From Acutalibacteraceae bacterium (GTDB taxonomy: Bacteria > Bacillota > Clostridia > Oscillospirales > Acutalibacteraceae), in assembly GCA_045598965.1 (NCBI GenBank), contig JAZRVH010000005.1, positions 1,289 to 65,288 of the forward strand: 64,000 nucleotides of DNA, read 5' to 3'. This document shows positions 57,427 to 64,000 of this stretch, piece by piece. The translations under genes and the position numbers were made by a program. Under the pieces are notes generated by a model that was not told where the DNA came from, did not search any database, and was given only the letters and a program-made list of their open reading frames with translations. How positions within the stretch are numbered: position 1 is the first letter of the stretch; every line of letters starts with the position of its first letter.

Positions 57427-57452
57427 CTATACAAAATATTTATTTTGTATAG
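57427..57452. repeat. Perfect inverted repeat (12-bp arms, 2-bp centre) in the AT-rich non-coding tract
   Basis: CTATACAAAATA-TT-TATTTTGTATAG. I checked it base by base against its reverse complement. It can also be read as 10-6-10 (CTATACAAAA TATTTA TTTTGTATAG). Confidence 0.9.
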
Positions 57453-57645
57453 TACGGTGTCTATTTAGAGTATACACCACTTCTTCTCCGAATGCAAGCA
57501 TTTTTTTAATTTTGTTAAAAAAACATCACTACCACCTTCTTTCGGTTAATTTGAACAAATCGTTAAAAACGATAAAAACAGTTGAATTCTGTCAGGTTTT
57601 GCGGTACACTAACAAAAAGATATTATGTTTTAAGGAGGTTTGACG

Positions 57646-58380
57646 ATGAACACCGTTGACAACGACACACGAAAACTACGCCGACGCAAATGGATTTCTA
57701 CCGTTTCTTTGATTGTGCTGTTGGTGCTCACCGTCGGACTGACCGTGTTGTTTTGGAACTATTTTTCTTCCAACAACGAAACCGATTTTCGTGAGTATAT
57801 GGAACGATTCGGCGTGGCAGCTCCCTTAATTTTTCTATTAGCTCAAATGCTGCAAATATTCCTCCCCCTCCTCCCCGGCGAGGTCATGGAAATCAGTGCC
57901 GGATATCTGTTCGGAGCGGTAAAAGGCACCCTTTTGTGCCTTGTCGGCGTCGGATTGGCTTCGGCGGCAGTTTTTTGGCTTGTACGTAAATTCGGACGGA
58001 TTATTTTGGATTTATATTTTGACGTGGACAAGCTGTATGAGAAAAAACTGTTTTCCTCTGAAACACGGATAAAGCGGCTTATATTTTTGTTGTTTTTCTT
58101 GCCGGGAACACCCAAAGACCTATTGACATTCTTTGCTCCGTTGTCCCGCATCACCTTGCCGGAATTTTTGTGGATAAGTATGATTGCTCGCATTCCGTCG
58201 ATTGTTTCGTCCACCGTTGGCGGACACTTTTTGGTCGAGGGCAACTACGGATATGCCGCCGCCGTTTTTCTTATTACGGGCGTCGTTAGTCTTTGCGGCA
58301 TTGTTTTGTACAACCGTCTTATGAAGCGATACCGTTCTCGCAAAAGCGAAAAAGAAATAGTTGATCAAAACGCTGCATAA
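57646..58380 (+). CDS. TVP38/TMEM64 (DedA-related) family membrane protein
   Basis: ~244 aa. FLPLLPGEVMEISAGYLFG and FLPGTPKDLLTF motifs. ATG at 57646 lies 7 nt after AAGGAGG. Confidence 0.8.
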   Translation: MNTVDNDTRKLRRRKWISTVSLIVLLVLTVGLTVLFWNYFSSNNETDFREYMERFGVAAPLIFLLAQMLQIFLPLLPGEVMEISAGYLFGAVKGTLLCLVGVGLASAAVFWLVRKFGRIILDLYFDVDKLYEKKLFSSETRIKRLIFLLFFLPGTPKDLLTFFAPLSRITLPEFLWISMIARIPSIVSSTVGGHFLVEGNYGYAAAVFLITGVVSLCGIVLYNRLMKRYRSRKSEKEIVDQNAA

Positions 58381-58452
58381 ATCCTTTGCAAACGATACAC
58401 ACTAAGGGTGACGCATTTTGCGTTAATTCAACCAGTTGAGGTGTATCGACGT

Positions 58453-58779
58453 ATGACAAAATTAAAATGCGATGTAGCCCATTGTTCCAGTAACGAACAC
58501 GGCTTATGCTGTCGACCGGAAATCCGCATCAGCGGCAACCAGGCACAAGGTAGCGTTGACACTTGTTGTGCCTCATTCAGTGCCTATCTCGGTAGCGGTG
58601 CCCAAAACAGCTTTCGCACCTATACCACTCCCAACCGGCAAATGCCCATCGATTGTTCGGCCCAAACGTGCGTGTATAATCAAAGCGGAATCTGTCACGC
58701 CAAAGAGGTACAAATCGACGGCGATAACGCCACAAAGGCGGGACAAACCTCCTGCAAAACCTTTACGGCACACGGTTGA
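58453..58779 (+). CDS. DUF1540 domain protein (two Cys-rich repeats)
   Basis: 108 aa from the ATG at 58453. Repeats: KCDVAHCSSNEHGLCCRPEIRISG...CCASF and CSAQTCVYNQSGICHAKEVQIDG...SCKTF. Confidence 0.75.
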   Translation: MTKLKCDVAHCSSNEHGLCCRPEIRISGNQAQGSVDTCCASFSAYLGSGAQNSFRTYTTPNRQMPIDCSAQTCVYNQSGICHAKEVQIDGDNATKAGQTSCKTFTAHG

Positions 58780-58784
58780 TTTTT

Positions 58785-58822
58785 GAGCCTCAACCAAACT
58801 TTGGTTGAGGCTCTTTCTTTTT
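58785..58822 (+). terminator. Strong intrinsic terminator after the DUF1540 gene
   Basis: 13-bp perfect stem GAGCCTCAACCAA / TTGGTTGAGGCTC with a 3-nt loop, followed by TTTCTTTTT. Confidence 0.88.
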
Positions 58823-58890
58823 ATTACTTAAAAAGTGGTTAAATAATAGGTATATATAACAAATTTGTAATAAAAATTTACGTTTTCCCA

Positions 58891-58919
58891 TTGTATTTTT
58901 TTGTCGTATGTGGTAAAAT
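58891..58919 (+). promoter_or_regulatory. Candidate sigma-A promoter for the LicD operon
   Basis: TTGTAT (58891..58896), 17-nt spacer, TGgTAAAAT (-10 hexamer at 58914..58919). Confidence 0.4.
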
Positions 58920-58966
58920 TGCTGTAAGTGTGGATATCTATGTTTTTTTATGAGAGGTTAACACAA

Positions 58967-60610
58967 ATGAAATACACTCCGGAACGTAGAAAAAAATGCT
59001 TTGTTTATTACAATGACTCCATTTTGAACGAAGCCAAGACCAAGATTATTAAGACCATTGACACCATTTGCAAAGAAAACGGTCTTACCTATTTTGCATA
59101 CGGTCCCACCCTGGTGGGTGCTGTCCATTACGGCTCCTTTATCCCCAACCAAAACAAGGTGTTCGGCGACATCGGACTTTTGCGTGATGACTATGAAAAG
59201 CTGCTCTCCATTCTGCGAGAGCATTCCGAGGAATACGAGCTTCTGTTGGATGAATATATCGGTAAAACCGATATCCCCCAACGGCTCGTTCGTGTTGGCG
59301 TTCGTGCCCAAATCGGCGACTTGGAGTTCGGCGACGAGGTGGAGATGAAACACGATTTCTGGATTATTCTCGCCCCCTTTGACCGCCTGCCGGACAGCTT
59401 CGACCTTTACTGTGCCCATTTACGCCGCATGAAACGTGCCAACCGCCGGTATGCTCGTGTTTGCTCCTGCCACAGCTACAACTCCGAAAAACACAGCCTT
59501 ATCCGCTTTCTCGGAAAACAGCTGATTTACGGCTGGCGTTCCCCCAAAAAAGAGTTTGAGCGTGTTCAACGCTTGGCACAAAAATACAACCACTGCGAGG
59601 ATGCCCACCGTATTATGCGTTTGGTGTTCGCCAAAAGTGAGCTTGTGTGGGAGGATCAGCTCTTCCCGCTGAAATCGTTGCCTTTTAACGGTATGGAGCT
59701 CCCCTGCCCCAACGATTTTTCTCCGTGGACGGCAACCCTTACTCCGGAGCTGGACAAACAAATCAAATCCATTCAAAAAGTGGATTTACTGCTGCTTGAA
59801 GAATTTGACCGCATTTGCCGTAAACTGGATATCGGCTACTTTATCTGCGGCGGTTCTATGCTTGGTTACGTTCGCCACGGCGGCTTCATCCCGTGGGATG
59901 ACGATATCGACGTGGGAATGCTTCGTGCGGATTATGACCGTTTCCTTGCCGAGGGCGGCAAAGAGCTTTCCGACCGTTTCTTTTTACAAACCCGTGAAAG
60001 CGACCCCGAAATCCCCTATCTGTTCTCGAAAATTCGTATGAACGACACCGAATATATCACCGCTTACAACGAAAACCGCAACTTCCACAAGGGCATTTGC
60101 CTTGACCTCTTCCCCTTCGATTTCTTGCCGGAGGACGAGCAAGAGCAAAAAGCCTTTCTGGCAGAGGTTAAAAAGTGCGTAAAAGTCCACAACCGTGCCT
60201 GCAACAAACAGATTGCAGAGCCGCAATACGACAAAAAGCCCAAAACATTTGAAGATTGGTTCTGGCGTCATGTGGCTCACGCTCATCGCCAGCTGTGGCG
60301 TATGGTTTCCATCAAAAAAACCCAAAAGAACTATATCAAAGTCGCCACCCGCTATAACGATGTCGCAAAAGAGCGTGGTCTTCAAACGGTGGCAAGCTTC
60401 GTCCCCACCTACACCTTCGTCAATTTAGAAGATCTTTTGCCCTATCAGGATATTTCCTTTGAGGGCGTTACCGCAAAAATCCCCGCAAAACCCAAAGTGT
60501 TCCTTGAAATGCAGTATCACGATTTTATGAGTTTGCCGCCGCTTCACCAGCAGTTGGGACACGACTTGATTCGCTGGTCGGCGGATATTCCCGAGTTAAA
60601 AGAAAACTGA
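58967..60610 (+). CDS. Tandem LicD-family phosphotransferase (degenerate N-terminal LicD repeat plus intact C-terminal repeat)
   Basis: 547 aa from the ATG at 58967. The C-terminal repeat has CGGSMLGYVRHGGFIPWDDDIDVGMLRADYDRF and CLDLFPFD. The N-terminal repeat has the same fold signature (YFAYGPTLVGAVHYGSFIPNQNKVFGDIGLLRDDYEKL, WIILAPFD) but lacks the DDD metal motif. Confidence 0.8.
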   Translation: MKYTPERRKKCFVYYNDSILNEAKTKIIKTIDTICKENGLTYFAYGPTLVGAVHYGSFIPNQNKVFGDIGLLRDDYEKLLSILREHSEEYELLLDEYIGKTDIPQRLVRVGVRAQIGDLEFGDEVEMKHDFWIILAPFDRLPDSFDLYCAHLRRMKRANRRYARVCSCHSYNSEKHSLIRFLGKQLIYGWRSPKKEFERVQRLAQKYNHCEDAHRIMRLVFAKSELVWEDQLFPLKSLPFNGMELPCPNDFSPWTATLTPELDKQIKSIQKVDLLLLEEFDRICRKLDIGYFICGGSMLGYVRHGGFIPWDDDIDVGMLRADYDRFLAEGGKELSDRFFLQTRESDPEIPYLFSKIRMNDTEYITAYNENRNFHKGICLDLFPFDFLPEDEQEQKAFLAEVKKCVKVHNRACNKQIAEPQYDKKPKTFEDWFWRHVAHAHRQLWRMVSIKKTQKNYIKVATRYNDVAKERGLQTVASFVPTYTFVNLEDLLPYQDISFEGVTAKIPAKPKVFLEMQYHDFMSLPPLHQQLGHDLIRWSADIPELKEN

Positions 60611-60626
60611 GTATTCGGAGGAGCTT

Positions 60627-61334
60627 ATGAACATCCTGTTTTTGATGATGGGCGGCAGCGGAACCCGTTTTGGTGCTTCCCGCCCGAAGCAATACACCTT
60701 GATTGATGATATTCCGGTTTTTGCCTATATTTTGCGTGGCTACAACAAGATGGAAGAAATCGACAAAATCGTTGTTGTCTCCCACAAAGATTGGCTCGAC
60801 TATGTGGAGGAATGGAAAGAAAAATTCCACATCGACAAGCTTACTCACATTGTCAAAGGCGGTGACACCCGTTCGGAATCCGTGCTTAACGGCCTTTCGT
60901 CCGTGAAAGATATCGCCAAGCACGATGACGTGGTTTTGCTTTGCGACGCCACCCACCCCTATGTTGACGTTGAGGGTACAAAGGGCGTTATTGAGGGTGT
61001 AAAAAAGTACGGCGGTGCCACTCTCGGCCAGCGGCAGTACGATACGGTGTATCGTATGAACGCCGACACATGTATGCTGGAGCAGGTTGTTCCCCGACAG
61101 GAAATTGTGTCCGGTGCGTCGCCGGAGGCATTCCGCTTTGGCGATATCTATAAAATTTACAGTGAGGCATCCAAAGAAGAACTGGAAGCGATGACGTCTG
61201 CTGGTGCCATTGCTCTCGCCCACAACATTCCGATGGTGGTGGTTCCCGCCTCGGTCATCAACCTGAAAATCACCTACAAAAACGATATGGATGTCTTTAA
61301 GAAACTCGTACATACCTACTTTTTTGAAGAGTAA
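60627..61334 (+). CDS. IspD/TarI-family cytidylyltransferase (alditol-phosphate or sugar-phosphate cytidylyltransferase)
   Basis: 235 aa. GGSGTRFGASRPKQY, GGDTRSESVLNGL and LKITYKNDMDVF. Confidence 0.8.
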   Translation: MNILFLMMGGSGTRFGASRPKQYTLIDDIPVFAYILRGYNKMEEIDKIVVVSHKDWLDYVEEWKEKFHIDKLTHIVKGGDTRSESVLNGLSSVKDIAKHDDVVLLCDATHPYVDVEGTKGVIEGVKKYGGATLGQRQYDTVYRMNADTCMLEQVVPRQEIVSGASPEAFRFGDIYKIYSEASKEELEAMTSAGAIALAHNIPMVVVPASVINLKITYKNDMDVFKKLVHTYFFEE

Positions 61335-61348
61335 AGGAGTGTCCTTGT

Positions 61349-62686
61349 ATGCCCGAACAAAACCCGCTTCGTGAAATGGTTACAAAGCGTAAATTGGGAA
61401 TTCATTGCGGTATTCCCTCTTTCTGCTCGGCTAACAAACTCGTCATTGAGGCGATTTTGGAGCAAGCACAGCGTTTTGATGAGCGTGTCGTTATTGAAGC
61501 AACCTCTAACCAGGTCAACCAAAACGGCGGTTATATGCGGATGCAGCCGAAAGATTTTTGCGATTATGTGTATCAAATTGCGGATAAAATCGGCTTTTCC
61601 CGAGAAAAAATCCTCATCGGCGGCGACCATTTAGGGCCTCTGCCCTGGGCGGACAGACCCGCCGAAGAAGCGATGGACAATGCCGAAACTCTCGTGCGGC
61701 TGTCGGTGGCGGCGGGCTACAAAAAAATCCATTTGGATACCAGTATGAAATTGGGCGATGATCCGATTGACGAACGCCTTTCGGATGAGACGATCGCCGA
61801 GCGTGGTGCACGGCTGTATAAAGCGTGCGAGGAGGAGTATCAAAAACTCTTAGAACGTAACCCCGATGAGATGCATCCTGTGTTCGTTATCGGAAGCGAA
61901 GTGCCCATCCCCGGCGGCAATCAAAAGAAAGAGGATGACGTTGAGGTTACCCGCCCGAAAGACTTTGAGCGTACGCTTATCGCCTATCGCAAAGTCTTTT
62001 CGAAATACGGGCTTGCGGATGCGTTTGAGCATATCATCGCCATCGTCGTTCAGCCCGGCGTGGAGTTTGGCAATCTGTCTGTGCACGCCTATGACCGAGT
62101 GGAAGCGGCAAAACTGTGCCAAAGCCTCAAAAAATACCCCGACATCGTGTTTGAGGGACATTCCACCGACTATCAGTCCCCGAAAAAACTGAAGGAAATG
62201 GTGGAAGACGGTATCGCCATTATCAAAGTCGGCCCTGCCCTCACCTATGCCATGCGTGAGGCGTTGTTCTCCCTCGCAATGATTGAGGATGAGCTGATTA
62301 TCCGTGACGACCAACGCTCCCACTATCGTGAAATTTTGGAAGGCAAAATGTTGGAAGACCCCACCTACTGGAAAAAGTATTATAAAGGTGACGAAAACAG
62401 CGTCGCTATTCAACGCCGCTACGGGTTTTCTGACCGCAGTCGTTATTATACGGCTCTTCCCGACGTGGAAAATGCCATGAACAAGCTGTTTGCCAACCTT
62501 GACCAAGTGACCATTCCTATGGGAATTTTGCATCAGTATATGCCGATGCAGTATATTAAGGTTCGTGACGGTTCTCTGTCGCTTTCTGCCCGTGATCTTG
62601 CTAAATACAGCATCGTCGCCATGGTTGAGGATTATAACTACGCCGCCAAGGTCAACTATATGTTCGGCGGATTTTCGATTGGCTAA
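61349..62686 (+). CDS. GatZ/KbaZ-family protein (class II tagatose-bisphosphate aldolase accessory / ketohexose-6-phosphate 4-epimerase family)
   Basis: 445 aa. IEATSNQVNQNGGY, GGDHLGP, KIHLDTSM, IAIVVQPGVEF, EGHSTDYQ, IKVGPALTYAMREA and YWKKYY all parallel E. coli GatZ as I recall it. Confidence 0.85.
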   Translation: MPEQNPLREMVTKRKLGIHCGIPSFCSANKLVIEAILEQAQRFDERVVIEATSNQVNQNGGYMRMQPKDFCDYVYQIADKIGFSREKILIGGDHLGPLPWADRPAEEAMDNAETLVRLSVAAGYKKIHLDTSMKLGDDPIDERLSDETIAERGARLYKACEEEYQKLLERNPDEMHPVFVIGSEVPIPGGNQKKEDDVEVTRPKDFERTLIAYRKVFSKYGLADAFEHIIAIVVQPGVEFGNLSVHAYDRVEAAKLCQSLKKYPDIVFEGHSTDYQSPKKLKEMVEDGIAIIKVGPALTYAMREALFSLAMIEDELIIRDDQRSHYREILEGKMLEDPTYWKKYYKGDENSVAIQRRYGFSDRSRYYTALPDVENAMNKLFANLDQVTIPMGILHQYMPMQYIKVRDGSLSLSARDLAKYSIVAMVEDYNYAAKVNYMFGGFSIG

Positions 62687-62700
62687 AAGGAGACATTACG

Positions 62701-63750
62701 ATGAAAGCTGCGGTTTTACACGGAATTGACGATATTCGCTATGAGGAATACGATACGCCCGCCACGCTTCCCGGCACAATCAAAGTGCGTGTGATGGCGG
62801 CGGGAATTTGCGGGTCGGATATCCCCCGTGTTTTACAGGGAAAGGTCAAAAAATTTCCTCTCGTTCTCGGTCACGAATTCTCCGGATATGTTGTGGAAGT
62901 TGGCGAAGGAGTCAAAAACTTTGCCGTCGGTGATCACGTTGCCGGTGCTCCCCTTCTTCCGTGTATGAGTTGTCCCGATTGTGCTCACGGAAACTATTCC
63001 CAGTGCAAACAGTATAGTTTTGTGGGTTCCCGTGTACAAGGGGCTTTTGCCGACTACGTGGTCTTACCGGAGAAAAATGCCGTAAAAATCGACAGTGCCC
63101 TCTCATTTGAGCAAGGAGCCTTGTTTGAACCCTGCACCGTCGGATTGCACGGTGTTCGTCTTGCTGACTATACCGGCGGGAAACGGGTTGCGGTTATCGG
63201 TGGCGGAACCATCGGCTTCTTCACGATGCAGTGGGCTAAGATTTTCGGTGCACGTCAGCTGGTCGTTTTCGACATCAACAAAGACCGCCTCGATTTCTGT
63301 AAACGGTGCGGTGCCACCGACGGCATCTGCACGCTTGATGCGGATTATCGTGAACAAGCGATGGCACTTACCGAAGGTAACGGATTTGACTATGTATTTG
63401 AGACTTGCGGCGTTCCCGCCACCATCAAAATGGCGATGGATTTGGCGGCAAACAAGGCCCATGTGTGCTATATCGGCACTCCGTCTTCCCCCGTCACCTT
63501 TGAGCCGCTGGAATGGGAAAATCTCAACCGCAAAGAGCTTTCGGTGACCGGCTCGTGGATGTCCTATTCCGCTCCGTTCCCCGGCGAGGAATGGGTGCTG
63601 ACCGCTCATTACTTTGCGACCGGCGACCTTATTTATGACCCCGATGCCGTGTATGAAAAGTTCCCGATGAGCGACGCCGCCAAGGCATTTGAGCTTTATA
63701 AAACCCCCGGTCTCGTCAAAGGCCGTGTGCTTTTATATAACGAGGATTAA
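62701..63750 (+). CDS. Zn-dependent MDR dehydrogenase, galactitol-1-phosphate 5-dehydrogenase (GatD)-like. TarJ-like is the alternative.
   Basis: 349 aa. ICGSDIPRV, LGHEFSGYVVEVG, structural-Zn lobe PLLPCMSCPDCAHGNYSQC, VIGGGTIG and RKELSVTGSWMSYSAPFPGEEW. Confidence 0.75.
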   Translation: MKAAVLHGIDDIRYEEYDTPATLPGTIKVRVMAAGICGSDIPRVLQGKVKKFPLVLGHEFSGYVVEVGEGVKNFAVGDHVAGAPLLPCMSCPDCAHGNYSQCKQYSFVGSRVQGAFADYVVLPEKNAVKIDSALSFEQGALFEPCTVGLHGVRLADYTGGKRVAVIGGGTIGFFTMQWAKIFGARQLVVFDINKDRLDFCKRCGATDGICTLDADYREQAMALTEGNGFDYVFETCGVPATIKMAMDLAANKAHVCYIGTPSSPVTFEPLEWENLNRKELSVTGSWMSYSAPFPGEEWVLTAHYFATGDLIYDPDAVYEKFPMSDAAKAFELYKTPGLVKGRVLLYNED

Positions 63751-63753
63751 GAG

Positions 63754-63945
63754 ATGAGTAAAGACGGCTATATTATCGTCGGTATGCTGATTTACCTCGT
63801 TACGTCGATTGTCAACCGCTTTTTTGTGGCAATTCCGGATGCGGTGTACATTCCCCTTGCCGTTGTCGGCATCACGCTGATGATTACCGGCATCCGCCTC
63901 GGCAACAAACAAGCGAAAGCAGACAAAGAAAACAAAGAAGAATAA
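63754..63945 (+). CDS. Small two-TM membrane protein, last gene of the LicD operon
   Basis: 63 aa. It starts 3 nt after the dehydrogenase stop, has a lysine-rich tail, and is followed by a terminator. No family recognised. Confidence 0.5.
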   Translation: MSKDGYIIVGMLIYLVTSIVNRFFVAIPDAVYIPLAVVGITLMITGIRLGNKQAKADKENKEE

Positions 63946-63948
63946 CAT

Positions 63949-63980
63949 AAAAAAGACCGTCCAATGGACGGTCTTTTTTT
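63949..63980 (+). terminator. Intrinsic terminator closing the LicD operon
   Basis: GACCGTCC / GGACGGTC stem with loop AAT. An A-run precedes it and T7 follows. Confidence 0.85.
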
Positions 63981-64000
63981 ATCTTTTTAACGTTTTTTAG

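Noticed and set aside
55780-58400. Calling the recombinase region a prophage or integrative element
   Set aside because: There are no phage, conjugation or transposase genes. I could not see flanking direct repeats, and no tRNA lies at the boundary. Only the recombinase and the odd non-coding tract are present, so a mobile-element call would be over-interpretation.
1-64000. CRISPR arrays, IS elements or transposases, rRNA genes, toxin-antitoxin or known defence-system genes
   Set aside because: Reading both strands and the ORF track, I saw no direct-repeat/spacer periodicity, no transposase-like ORFs, no rRNA-like sequence, and no recognisable defence-gene motifs.

Overview
Chromosomal segment from an endospore-forming Firmicute, probably Clostridia-like. 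It is densely coding and mostly housekeeping. No CRISPR array, transposase or rRNA was seen.

Gene content, left to right:
- asnS-asnA behind an Asn T-box, with a tRNA-Lys(CUU)/tRNA-Glu(CUC) pair.
- A DUF421/DUF4363 pair.
- The complete spoIIIAA-AH operon.
- The conserved asp23-nusB-xseAB-ispA-dxs-tlyA-nadK-argR-recN block.
- nagA, rlmD, crcB and cysK.
- A translationally coupled pair of large polytopic membrane proteins, one of them GT-C-like, followed by DUF5662 and an MFS transporter.
- murC, spoIIE and ireB.
- pheST behind a Phe T-box.
- pyrH-frr-uppS-cdsA-dxr-rseP.
- A 7TM-GGDEF cyclase next to a PTS-EIIC-EAL fusion.
- A third T-box, read here as Ile (AUC), in front of an HTH-cupin-acyl-CoA-ligase fusion, malQ and a leaderless ileS.
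- yajC and small membrane or sporulation-type genes.
- A lone tyrosine recombinase beside an ~870-bp AT-rich non-coding tract that carries a perfect 12-2-12 palindrome.
- A terminator-bounded operon: tandem LicD, IspD/TarI-type cytidylyltransferase, orphan GatZ-family protein, GatD-like dehydrogenase and a micro-membrane protein.

Most interesting candidates:
1. The LicD operon, which I interpret as a CDP-hexitol (galactitol-phosphate) surface-decoration pathway built from recruited galactitol-catabolism enzymes.
2. The Ile T-box operon with the regulator-ligase fusion.
3. The EIIC-EAL fusion.
4. The recombinase plus palindrome region.

All functional calls rest on motif recognition by eye. 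No database search was run.
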